Shown here: piece after piece, positions 23,088 through 34,778 of the stretch | Layout: each line of letters starts with the position of its first letter | Position numbering within the stretch: the first letter of the stretch is position 1 | NCBI GenBank assembly: GCA_030390025.1 | Contig: CM059433.1 | Span: forward strand, 27,096,001 to 27,160,000 | Reading direction: 5' to 3' | Length of the DNA stretch: 64,000 nucleotides | Origin: Squalus acanthias | Lineage: Eukaryota | Notes under the pieces: generated by a model | The model's input: the letters and a program-made list of their open reading frames with translations, nothing else | What the model was told of the DNA's origin: nothing | Database searches by the model: none | Position numbers and translations under genes: made by a program

Positions 23088-25500
23088 GGTCCAGAATCTC
23101 CACTTCTGTGTGCCTGCTCGAGGCTTGCAGCGGAAGTTACACATGCATTACCTGTGTCAACTCATTTGCATTACCATTGGTGCAGTCATTGGTGTAAAGC
23201 CCACGTAAAACAGGTGTAAGCAGCTGAACTACACGGAAACACTTGTGCAGCTTCTGAAAATATAGTCTACGCTACACTCTTTAGCAGCAGACTGGAGGAT
23301 AACCAGGTAAGACAGCAACAATGCTTGGTTCTTTCACTTCATTCTCAAATAACTTCACTGCATATCTTAGCAATCATTTTATTATATGTTTACTGAATAA
23401 TGACCATTCAAGCACCATCTGTACCCAGAGGCAACAAAACTGGGCCCCATCCAGGAGAAGAACACAAAACTTTATTGATGCATACCTTTAAGCCCTCCTT
23501 GGGGAGACTGAAAGCAGGAGGCACAGTCTCCTGGGTGTGGTTGCCACCAAGCCTGCCAGGGATGTATCTCGTCCTGCATAGAGGGAGGTAGCACTGGCAG
23601 AGTTCCAACTCCCTTACCTCCCAGGACTGCAGGCCAGTGCTGGAAACTGTTCAATTACCTTACCAGGGCAAGCAAGGTAGCACAATGAGTGCTCGTTCAT
23701 TTTCTTCCTTGACCACTCTGGGCACCAACATCTCTTCACCCTCTTAAAGCAATACTTGCACGACTAACCCTTCCCATTGCACTCTAGTTAAGGACAGCTT
23801 TAAATCAGTACCCTGCACTATGGCTACCCAGCGCCCAAATACCAATTATTTGCATGCACAACCCGAATACCCCTTCCTCCACTTTAAATACCTCTTTCCC
23901 CCACATCTCTTACTTCAGCTCTTCCGTGCTGCTTGGCAAATGCACTTCAACTGCTAACTCATGGTCGCACGTCTGAAAAGGATGTTTGAAGAACATTGGG
24001 GGAGAAATTCAGTATCGCCCCATTTGGGGCGCAATTATCGGCCGGGCGCAAAGATTAGCGCCTGGCGCTAATTATCGCCACCGACTGCAAACTTGACTTT
24101 TATCGCCCCGGAGGTGATTGGAGCGCTAAATCAGGCGCTTCACACATGTCTTAAGGCGCAAAGGCCGAGGAGCGAGGCGCTACCTGAGTGCTGGCGAAGC
24201 TCATGTGATGTCAGTCAGCAATGGAACACACACACAATGGCACGGACCACTTCTTAAAGGGGATGGTTGATCTTGCTTCCCATCCACATCCTGCTCATTG
24301 CAGCTTTGAATCTCGGCCTGGAGAGACCTGCACATCAAATCTGCTGGAAAGAACAATGGAGAGTACCAGGCAAAGAGCTCAGAGTGCAGCCCCCACAATC
24401 TCTTCTAAATCGATACAAGGAATGGCAAATCAAAATGAACCTGCAAAGTGCTGCTCAGTACCAAAAACTACTTCACACAGCATTGAATCTCTCCAGAAGT
24501 CTCTCTCTCTCTCTCTCTCAGAATGCGTGGTTCAAAAATGGCACCAACAATAAAAGGCAGGAAGCGGTCGCCTTTAAATAGCGCTCCCCCAGTCCCTTCA
24601 TGACTGCAAAACGCTCCCCTCAACCTGTCGTTGCTAGCGTCAGGCGGTAAGGCAGGGGGCGCCACTCAATATCCGCTCCGGGGCGTTGCGCACTCGACTG
24701 ACGTCACGATCTGCCGGTGCAGGAGATAGTGGCGGTAGTGTTTAGGGCCGACGCAAAATGTCTAGTTAATTTCGCAAGCGGCGCAAACATCGCCGCGCCT
24801 GGGCGCTAGATGCTTTGCGCCCCATTAGCGCCCTCTTAAGGCGCTAACGGGAGGCGCAACCAACTGAATTTTTCCCCCATTGTACCTACATCCAGGCTCT
24901 GAGGTCAAACTCTGAAGATGTGCAGTAACTGACAGGTGTGAATCTCTCATCACAGAAGCTTTCTCTTCCTTGCAGGCATCAATGAAGCATGTGGCAGCTT
25001 CATTGGAATCTGCATCAAATCCCTAGCAAAGCAGCGGCCAAGGACCAGTCGGTACCACCACCTCAACAGAAGCACAGACTGCAATGCTGGAGGTGATAGG
25101 GGACAGAATTGAGCACAGCATGAATCGTGGCTTCCAGTGCGTGGCAACCGCTCTGTCCCAGGGCTTTCAGGATCTGATAGTTGCCATTGGACCAGTCATG
25201 GCACTGATCATTGGGACTACACATCTAGAGCCTAGTGGAGTAGCAATGGCTGAAGTCCATCTGCCTGATTCTGCTGCCTCTCAGGACAGCAGTGTCTGCC
25301 AAACCTCCGGCATTCCTCCTCGGAGCGCCACACCAGCGGAACATGGATGGCAAGACCAGGCTGCCCAGCAGCACCCTCCAGAGATACAGCAGGCAGCCAT
25401 GTGACAAGGGCTACCTCCATCCTATGATCCTTCTGTACAGCAAGAAGATTCAACCACCTCCATGATCTAGTACCTCAGGTGACACTTAGGAGCACAAGAA
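23088..25500 (+). mobile_element. Old Harbinger remnant with degraded Myb/SANT gene, interrupted by MITE copy 2
   Basis: 23500-23680 decodes as ...ESRRHSL...*REVA...RTAGQCWKLFNYLTRASK|GTAG, matching Myb exon 1 of 43172. Boundaries approximate. Confidence 0.5.
23998..24878 (+). mobile_element. Harbinger MITE family, copy 2 (881 bp)
   Basis: Same TIRs as copy 1; 3-bp TSD ATT (23995-23997, 24879-24881). Confidence 0.92.
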
Positions 25501-26711
25501 TAAATGATAGAAAGGCATGGGTGCGCATCCAGGGGCAGCACGCTGTTGGGAAAGAGGAGGGCGATTGATTGCAATTTACAATATTGTATTAAAATAGATT
25601 GTACACTGATATGGCACTTTGTTACTTATGGAGGTTAGAGTTATACAGGGAAGAGTGTATTTAGTTGGTGCTGAACTATTCATTCAGGTAATGATTACTA
25701 GCATAATCATGTCAGGGCAAAGAGGGCTGATGTGTTGTGACAAAGTAGGATGGGTAATGGATTGAGGGAATGTCTCTATTGGCAAGAGGGGGAGAAGAAG
25801 GTCAGGCTGTGACAGTGTTTAAGAATGAACGTATCCAGCGTTCCCAGCATTCAATTTGGCAAAAGAGTCATTAACCAGGCACAGACCCTGATTTTAATAT
25901 ATACATGACGCTTTCAGGGGACTGCCCTAGATGACTAAAAGTTGCCCAATCCTATATAGGGACCGGCACACACGGGAGTTCTCAACCCAAAATTCACAGG
26001 CTCAATTACCATTTTTAGCTGGAAAAATGTTGAAATACTCCTGAGTTGCAGTAAATGTTTGAATTGTGAGATGTTCTTTTCATACACATTTTGTGTTTAC
26101 ATTTTTCCAGTCATGCTGAGTTCCTGTAAATGCATCAATAGCAACCGGTTCACTTGTGATCTTGCAGGCAGTATTTATGGCTATTTTTGTTTATAACATT
26201 CATTATGTGTTCTGATATCAGAAATAATTTAAAAAGCAAAACAAGTAAAAAAATATGAACTATCACTTATAGGTATTGGTAGAATGAAAGTTCAATAGTC
26301 AAAAAAAACACTTTAGGCACCATTACCATCTTTCAATGTATATTAACACCTGTAGATGAAATTTGCATATATAAAAGGGCAGTGCTAATGGAGCAAGGAT
26401 CAGCACAATGGATCCCTGCCTGATTTGCTGGCTCTTGCACACATTACACACTGGCAGGACCCATCCTCTCACTGGAAAATATGGCCTTCAGTGTGCTGAG
26501 TTGTTAACAAGGTATTCTGTCAGCAACAGCAAGCTTATTAAGGCTGCTGCATGCCTGGGACACTACAACACTCAGATCCTGATTTTCACTATGGAGCAAT
26601 TTTGGAGTGTTCACAAAATGAGCAGTACATAAGAGCTAACCAGCGATCTTCAACTTGCATTTTTGCTGGCTTAACAGCAACAGCAATTTCTGTGCTTTAT
26701 TTAAATACAAA

Positions 26712-29624
26712 GGAGGAAAGATTCGGTTACTTACTGCCACCTGTTACTGGCAGATTCGTGAAAAAAAATGGCAGCCACCTCACTTGTGCCTGCCTCTGGC
26801 GCGGAACTTGGCGGCTGCCATTTTGGTGAGGGCCACAGTGATGCCATTAGCAGCGCTGGCCCTAGACATGCAAATCTGGGAAGCATGACGCTACGCCGAC
26901 TTGATGCCACGCTCTGCAAACTTGGATCTTTGCGCTGAGTATGGCTTGCTCTAAAAAGCGAGCATGCAGCATACGTACAGAGATGCTGTCAGTGCTTCTT
27001 AAAGGGACTCACACATCTTTCAGGTAAGTTCCATTTATGCTTTTGGACTGGATTTTTTATATTTTATTGAAGTAGTGGCTTGGTGCAATAGATATTAAAA
27101 GTTTCTGAGGTATGCATGGAGTGCTGGGAGTGCTGCTGAACGCTTGCAAGACCTCGGATGGTAAAGGAAGGCCTCTGAGAAGATAGAAAATGCTGCAAAT
27201 ACACAATAGGTCAGTCAGCATCCGTGGAGAGAGAAACACAGCTCACGTTTCAGGTTGAGATGCTGCCTGACCTACTGAGTATTTCCAGCATTTTATGCTT
27301 TTATTTCAGAGTTCCAGCATTCGCTCGCAGAAAGAAGAAGGAGACACAGAAGAGGAAGAAGCAGAAGAGGAAGGTGCAGAAGAGGAAGAAGCAGCGGAGG
27401 AAGAAGCAGAAGAGGAGGAAGCAGAAGAAGAGGAAGCAGAAGGAAGGATGCAACCCAGACAGCCCCTTTCTGGCCAGGATATACGGCAAAGAAACAGGCC
27501 ATTCGGCCCAACCAGTCCATGCCAGCGTTTATGCTCCACTCGAGCCTCCTGCTGTCTTTCCTCATCTAACTCTGTCAGCATAACCCTCTATTCCCTTCTC
27601 CCTCATATCTTATCTAACCGCTCCTTAAATGCATCTATACTATTCGCTTCAACCACTCCCTGTGGTAGCGAGTTTCACATTCTCACCACTCTCTGGATAA
27701 AGAAGTTTCTTCTGAATTTCCTATTTGATTTCTTGGTGACAATCTTATATATTGATGGCCTCTAGTTATGCTCTTCTCCACAAGTGGAAACACTCTCCCT
27801 GTATCTACTCTATCAAAACCTTTCATAATTTTAAAGACCTCAATTAGGTCACCACTCAGCCTTCTTTTTTCAAGAAAAAGAGACCCAGCCTGTTCATTCT
27901 TTCCTGATAGGTATACCCTCGCATTTCTGGTATCATCCTTGTAAATCTTCTCTGCACCCTCTCCAGTGCCTCTATCCTTTTTATAATATGGCGACCAGAA
28001 TTGTACGTAGTACTCCAAGTGTGGTCTAACCAAAGTTCGATACACGTTTAGCATAACTTCACTACTTTTCAATTCTATCCCTCTAGAAATAAACCCTAGT
28101 GCCTGGTTTGCTTTTTTTGTGGCCTTGTTAACCTGTATCGATATCCGGGATAGAATCATCCACCTGCGGTACCAATGACCCCAACCCCAATTCCCCTTTC
28201 AACATTTGTCCCAAACCTTACCTTCCATCTGTTACTGACCATCACAGCGTCCTCTTGGCCACAATGCTGAAATAAAAGCCACCACAAAGCAAACTTTCCA
28301 ATCCAACTTTATACATCTATCCATCCAATATGACATCAAGAAATCAACTAATCACCCTTATGCATTCCCTTAGTGACTGTCTTGTGTGTGCCTTTGTCTA
28401 TCCTACTGAAGTCACGCAGTGTTACCCCAGTGGCTGCAGCATGGCTGGTGGAAGGCTGCTGACTTTCAGTGGGAGATACTGCAAATGGCCTTGCTGGTCA
28501 ACCTTGAGGAACTGGTGGCTGGGAGTGTGAAATCGAGTGACGACAGTGTTTCTTCTTTTTCTTCACTCTCCTCTCCCTCTTCTTGGTCACCCACTGGTTG
28601 GGCAGGCTGCATTTCTTGGGTGTGTGAAATGAGGAAGGCACAAGGGTGGAGTTGTGGTGAGGGGAGGGCGGGAAAGCAACAGGTGCATGCGAGAAGGAGG
28701 ATAACGCATGAGGATACCAGCATCTTGTATCCTTTCAGCCCCGTCGCTGGCCAAGGGCTTAGCCATGCCCTTGCCAAGAATGGCCAGCATTGTCTTCTCC
28801 AAGGGGGTGAGGTGAAGTTTGGAATGTGCCTTGTGTTTGGTACGGATTGTTGGTAGGTGAGTGATTGGAGGGGGAGGGGAGGCAGGTGAGTCATGCATTG
28901 AGAAGTATGTGAGGCTGGTGGTGCAGTTGGTAGGAGACAGCTTTTGAAGATGCATTCACAGACCTTGACCACTGGTCTGAGGTCATGAAGCTTCTTTGGG
29001 CACTGGAGCCAGGTCGTGGGGGGCGACACTGCTGGCAGTGACGGCCTCGATGATGTGGTCCCACATCCTTCTTTCTGGAGGGCCTCCTGGCCCCTGTGGG
29101 TAGAGGACCTCTCTTGCAGTGTTGACCCCCTGCACAAAGCTGGAGTGCTGCATGGGAGACCCTGGGTGCCCCTTCCCTGTCTTGCTGAGCCATTTGTTAG
29201 TGCAAAAGCACTTTTCCCAACTTTTTAGGTCAGAAGGCTTTAAGAACTGAAGGCTGCCATTTGGGAATTATCTTTAATGTTTATTTTTTTTCAGAAGGTA
29301 GTTGAGCTCTAAGGGCTAAAAACTGCCTATTGTTAAATTATTTTAATTTTTTTATGTTAGAAGGCAGTTCTCCTTTAAGGTGTACTGTTTTCTAAAATGA
29401 CAGCCTTGATTTAAGAGAAGGCTGTTCTTGCTCCAGGAACGCTCCGAGCACGCTACATTGGGCCTCCTGCTGAGACTACCATATGAAACACAGTAAGTTT
29501 AGCACTGCACTAATGTTAATTAGCAAGCAGCCCCAATATATTGGTGCTGCCAGTGCTATTAATTTCAGCAGTCCGTAACTGCGGTGGCTCCGGCAGGTTT
29601 CCAGCACTCTGGAATTTTTAGCCC
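26712..29624 (-). mobile_element. Non-autonomous Harbinger derivative (copy B), Myb pseudogene on minus strand, transposase replaced by Penelope-derived hairpin, nested CR1
   Basis: Imperfect TIRs GGAGGAAAGATTCG / GGAATTTTTAGCCC; Myb start MAQQDREGAPR at 29193; colinear with 9494-11100. Confidence 0.7.
27480..28140 (-). mobile_element. CR1 LINE 3' fragment nested in Harbinger copy B
   Basis: KANQALGFISRGIE.KS.EVMLN.YRTLVRPHLEY.VQFWSP...LEKRRL.GDLIEVFKIMKG, followed by CR1-type 3' UTR. Confidence 0.9.
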
Positions 29625-30399
29625 AGATACTTCACATGGAAGATCATTGTTACAGCTATTTGTGCCCCTACAAAGAAATTTCCCGTGTTACAGAAACAGA
29701 ATTGGACTTTTTGGTTGCAATAGCATTTGAACTATTTTTGCTCTTTGGCTACGCTACTACAAGAAAGGTTGCACTATGTACGGAGGATCTGTGCCAGTAA
29801 TTCTTGTGTTTTCTTGATCTGGACAAATGCAGAACACAAGGCTTTGCAAGTAACTCCTTGGAAAGTCTACACTTACTACAGTGCAGAAAAAAATCTGATA
29901 GAATTAGCAGTTTATTTTTTTTTAAACTATTATAACAGAAAAATAGCAGAAGACCAGTATTTCAAGCAGCTTATTACAACTCAAACAACAAAAAAATTGC
30001 CTATTTTTTGGGGTGGATTTTAACTTGAAGCAGCTTCTGGCTGGAAACTGCTTTGTGAGTGAATTTCCCACCTGTCAGAGGCAGCAGAAGCCCATGGCAA
30101 TTTTAACCAACGGGCCTCATTTAAATGCTGCCATTTCAACTCCCGCCCATTCCAGGAAGAGGTTGCCGGCAGGGGAAGATCGGGTGTCCAAGGGTTGCGC
30201 CCCCCACCCCCCAGCTTCCAGATAAGGAGCAGGGAGGGGGTTTTGTGAGGGTCTCATGAGAGGGAGGGTGTGAGATCCACAGAATTCCCTGGTGACCATA
30301 TCTGGTGTAAACATCACCTTGATGTGTTATCCCTTCTTAGCTTTTTTTTAAATTCACTCACGGGATGTGGGCGTCGCTGGCAAGGCCAGCATTTATTGT

Positions 30400-31350
30400 A
30401 CGGCATTTGACATGGTTGGCTATTCCACACTCCTTCACCTCTTCTCTGTGGTACAGCCCTCTCCTGGTTCAATTTTTACTTGTCCCAACACATCAATTTA
30501 TCTCTTCCATTTGGCTTTCTTCCAGTGCTTGCGTGGTCACCTCTGATGTGCTCCTTCCCAATCCTCATCTATATTGCTGCCCTCACTTCATCCACAATCA
30601 TAGTGTCAGATTTCATTCAACTCTACTTCTCTGTCTTTAAGTCTTGATCAATGACATGCTGTACAAAAGCTGAACGAATATGAAGTCCTGGATGAGCCAG
30701 AACTTTCTTTGGTTCGACATCAGCAAGACTGAAGCCATTCTTTTTGGGTCCTGCTAAAAACATCATGCCTCATTATTCCATCTTCCTCCACAGCTACTCT
30801 CTCAGACTGAACCCGCAGGTGCGCAACCTCAGTGTCCTTCCCGATCTTTAACTGAGCTTCAAACCCCACATCTTATCTATTGCAAGACCATATATTTCCT
30901 CCTCCTATCTCATCCCTTCTGTCGCTGAAACCGTCATCCATACCTATGTTGCCTCAACTCAATTTCTCCAACATCCTCCTCACTCACCTCTCCAGCTGTA
31001 CCCAAGACAAACTCAAATTCACCCAGAACTGTGCAGGCTGTGCCCTATCCACACAAAAACCTGTATACTCATCATCCCTGTGCTTAATGACCTGCACTGT
31101 CTCCCAGCTCATTGATTTAAAAATCCTCAGCCTCATCTCCACGTCCTCCATGGTCTCATTCTAACTTATCTCTGAACTTCTCCAGCCCTACATCTTAGCT
31201 TGCACCCCCACTACTACAGTATCAGTGGCAGAGCATTCAGCCACCACACTCTATTGTTTGTCACTCACTTCCTAGACCTCGCTACCTCTCTCCCCTCCTT
31301 AAAACTTACCCCTTTAATTGTAGCTTCTGTCGTACTTCCTGCTCAGTCTC
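30400..31350 (+). mobile_element. Highly degraded L2 LINE
   Basis: C/T-rich; ...KSWMSQNFL...ISKTEAILFG...VRNL.V..D..LSFKPHI...; a related shorter piece at ~34020-34160. Confidence 0.6.
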
Positions 31351-31909
31351 CACTGCATTAGTCAGAATGTTACTTGGTAGGATGCAAGAATGGAATAACG
31401 ATTAAAAAGGCAACTAGTTTGCGTAATTCCAATGAGGAAAAAGTTAATGAATGAAAATGAAAAACAGTGCAAGTTATTTACCAAGCCATGGACACATGTG
31501 TTTTTATTAACAGAACACAAAACACTGGCACACGGTATGGAAGAATACACCAGAAAATGGCTGGAAAAAGAATCCTCAGATCAGCTGGAGTGGATTTATA
31601 CTGTCAGATACAACAGTGAAGGTAACATCATAAAACTTCCAATACTGAAAATGCATCTCAAGAGTCTGAAAGGAAAAAAATGTGAGTCATTATGGACATT
31701 AGTGCCGCATCAATGTACAGCATCTGTTCTTACACTAAAAAGTACTACCAGCTGTTAAATGTTGTTTTAAAATCAATGCTGCTGTTCACTTTTTGATGTT
31801 GCTCTTCAATGGATTAGATGTACAAAACGAACATTGTTAAGACAAAATAAAAACAGAAAATGCTGGAGATACTCAGCAGGTCAGGCAGCATCTGTGAGGA
31901 GAGAAACAG

Positions 31910-31946
31910 AGTTAACGTTTCAGGTCGATGACCTTTCGTCAGAACT
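31910..31946 (-). ncRNA. Minimal type I hammerhead ribozyme motif
   Basis: Reverse complement reads AGUU CUGACGA A AGGUC AUC GACCU GAAA CG UU AACU. Confidence 0.7.
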
Positions 31947-32071
31947 GGAAAAAAGCAGGAAATGGAACAGATTTTTAAGCAAGTGTAGGGGCTGGGAAAG
32001 GGGGGAGGGGATGAAAGAACAAAAGGGAAGGTCTGTGATAGGATAGAAGGCAGGAGAGGTTAAGAGACATT

Positions 32072-32958
32072 GGGGGAAAAATTCCGTTGGTTGCGCCTCC
32101 CGTTAGCGCCTTAAGAGGGCGCTAATGGGGCGCAAAGCAACTAGCGCCCGGGCGCGGCGATGTTTGCGCCGCTCGCGAAATTAACTAGACATTTGGCGGC
32201 GGCGCTAAACACTACCGCCACGATCTCCTGCGCCGGCAGATCGTGACGTCAGTCGAGTGCGCAATGCCCCAGTATCGCCCCGGAGCGGATATTGAGTGGC
32301 GCCCCCTGCCTTACCGCCTGCCGCTGGCAACGACAGGTTGAGGGGAGCGTTTTGCAGTCAGGAAGGGACTGGGGGAGCGCTATTTAAAGGCGACCGCTTC
32401 CTGCCTTTTTTTGTTGGTGACATTTTTGAACCACGCATTCTGAGAGAGAGAGAGACTTCTGCAGAGATTCAACGCTGTGTGAAGGAGTTTTGGGTACTGA
32501 GCAGCACTTTGCAGGTTCATTTTGATTTGCCCTTCCTTGTATCGATTTAGAAGAGACTGTGGGGTTGCACTCTGAGCTCTTTCCCTGGTTTTCGCCATTG
32601 TTCTTTCCAGCAGATTTGATGTACAGGTCTCTCCAGGCCGAGATTCAAGGCTGCAATGAGCAGGATGTGGATGGAAAGCAAGATCAACCCTCCCCTTTAA
32701 GAACTGGCCGGCGCCATTGTGTCTGTGTTCCATTGCTGACTGACATCACATCAGCTTCGCCAGCGCTCTGAGTTAGCGCCTCGCTCCTCGGCCTTTGCAT
32801 CTTAAGACAGATGTGTAGCGCCTGATTTAGTGCTTCAATCATCTCCAGGGGCGATAAAAGTCAAGTTTGCAGTCGGAGGCGATAATTAGCGGCAGGCGCT
32901 AATCTTTGCGCCCGGCCGATAATTGCGCCCCAAACGGGGCGATACTGAATTTTCCCCC
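32072..32958 (-). mobile_element. Harbinger MITE family, copy 3 (887 bp), inverted, nested in Penelope arm
   Basis: GGGGGAAAAATTC...GAATTTTCCCCC; flanked by ATT (32069-32071, 32959-32961). Confidence 0.92.
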
Positions 32959-33770
32959 ATTAAGAGATATTCAAGGCAAAAGGAGATGGTAATGGGACAG
33001 GTTAAGAAACAGGTTAAGGATGGCTCTAGATGAAGTGTAAATTGTGCTGACAGAATGAAAGACAGCTGCCATGTGGGAGAAAAGAACAGAAGGCACAAAC
33101 AAAAAGTGTGGATAAAAAATATATATATGATAGGGGCCGAGGTTATGATCTGAAATTGTTGAACTCTATGTTGAGTCTAGAAGGCTGTAAAGTGCCTAAT
33201 CGAAAGATGAGGTGCTGTTCCCGATGTGGTCTCCTCTACATTGGGGAGACCAAACGCAGATCTTTGCGGAACACCTCCGTTCAGTCCGTAAGGGGGACCC
33301 CGAGCTTCTGGTCGCCTGTCACTTTAATTCTCCGCTCCACTCCCACTCAGACCTCACCATCCTCGGCCTCCTGCATTGTTCCACTGAAGCTCAGCGTAAG
33401 CTCGAGGAATAGCACCTCATCTTTCGATTAGGCACTTTACAGCCTTCTGGACTCAACATAGAGTTCAACAATTTCAGATCATAACCTCGGCCCCTATCAT
33501 ATATATATTTTTTATCCACACTTTTTGTTTGTGCCTTCTGTTCTCTCCCACATGGCATGTGTCTTTCATTCTGCCAGCGCAATTTACACTTCATCTAGAG
33601 CCATCCTTAACCTGTTTCTTAATCTGTCCCATTACCATCTCCTTTTGCCTTGAATATCTCTTAACCTCTCCTGCCTTCTATCCTATCACAGACCTTCCCT
33701 TTTGTTCTTTCATCCCCTCCCCCAGCCCCTACACTTGCTTAAAAATCTGTTCCATTTCTTGCTTTTTTCC

Positions 33771-33807
33771 AGTTCTGACGAAAGGTCATCGACCTGAAAC
33801 GTTAACT
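33771..33807 (+). ncRNA. Minimal type I hammerhead ribozyme motif
   Basis: AGTT CTGACGA A AGGTC ATC GACCT GAAA CG TT AACT. Confidence 0.7.
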
Positions 33808-34407
33808 CTGTTTCTCTCTTCACAGATGCTGCCTGACCTGCTGAGTATCTCCAGCATTTTCTGTTTTTATTTCAGATTTCCAGCATCTGCAGTATTTTCT
33901 TTTTGTTAAGACAAATGTAGCAACGCATTTTACAAACATGTGAATCTTCCATTTTGTTAAATGGCAATGTCTTTAAAATAGCTTGAATTGTCACTATCAT
34001 CATTAGTATTCTACTATCACATATGTACAACACCAAGCTCTACCTCACCACCACCTCTCTCGACCCCTCCATTGTATCTGTTTTGTCACACTGCTTGTCC
34101 AACATCAAGTCCTGGATGAGCAGAAATTTCCTCCAACTAAATATTGGGAAGACCAAAGTCATTCAGCTAGAAGTTCGATTGCCCCCGAAAACGGGCGAGG
34201 GGATCGCGACCCACGCCCGTTCAAAGTAATGCAGGTAGCACGTCAACTTCATGCAGCCTGCTGATTAACATGATTATAGCATGCAGCCCAGCGCTGAACG
34301 TGCTGCTAAGTGGTTGCACGCTCAGCAGGGGGGGTCCAAGTTCGTGCGAGGCTAGCACCAATTAAAGGTAGACTTTACTTCTTAAAGGCAGTCTGCACCT
34401 CTTAAAA

Positions 34408-34778
34408 TGTAATGTAGGAAACGCGACAGCCAATTTGCACACAGCAAGGTCCCACAACTAGCAATATGATAATGACCAGGTAATCTGTTTTAGTAATGTT
34501 GATTGAGGGATAAATATTGGCTAGGACACCAGGGATAACTCCCCTGCTCTTCTTCAAAATAGTGCCATAGGATCTTTTACGTCCACCTGAGAGGCCAGAC
34601 GGGGCCTCGGTTTAACGTCTTATCCGAAAGACATCACCTCCGACAGTGTAGCACTCCCTCAGTACTGCACTGGAATGTCAGCCGAGATTTTTGTGCTCAA
34701 GTCTCTGGAGTAGGACTATGAACCCATAACCTTCTGACTCAGAGGCGAGAGTGCTACCAACTGAGCCACAGCTGACAC
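34408..34778 (-). mobile_element. Deu-domain tRNA-SINE with intact head, inside a GC-rich MITE-like element (~34165-34863)
   Basis: Minus strand starts GTCAGCTGTGGCTCAGTTGGTAGCAC (A box)...GGGTTCATAGTCC (B-box-like), then the shared core. Confidence 0.8.

Larger units (their letters stand above)
31847..33902 (+). mobile_element. Penelope-like retroelement, 5'-truncated with inverted 5' arm (fold-back), GIY-YIG C-terminus
   Basis: 13-bp TSD TTGTTAAGACAAA (31834-31846, 33903-33915); 33216-33484 encodes CSRCGLLYIGETKR...FAEHLRSV...VACHFNS...RKLEE*HLIFRLGTLQPSGLNIEF; ~465-bp arms 31847-33221 (minus MITE) and 33406-33870 are inverted copies. Confidence 0.92.

Noticed and set aside
27295..27765. 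Glu/Ala-rich or Lys/Arg-rich ORFs over a (GAAGAGGAAGAAGCA)n-like repeat
   Set aside because: Expanded acidic tail of a dead Harbinger transposase reading into an antisense CR1; low complexity keeps frames open.
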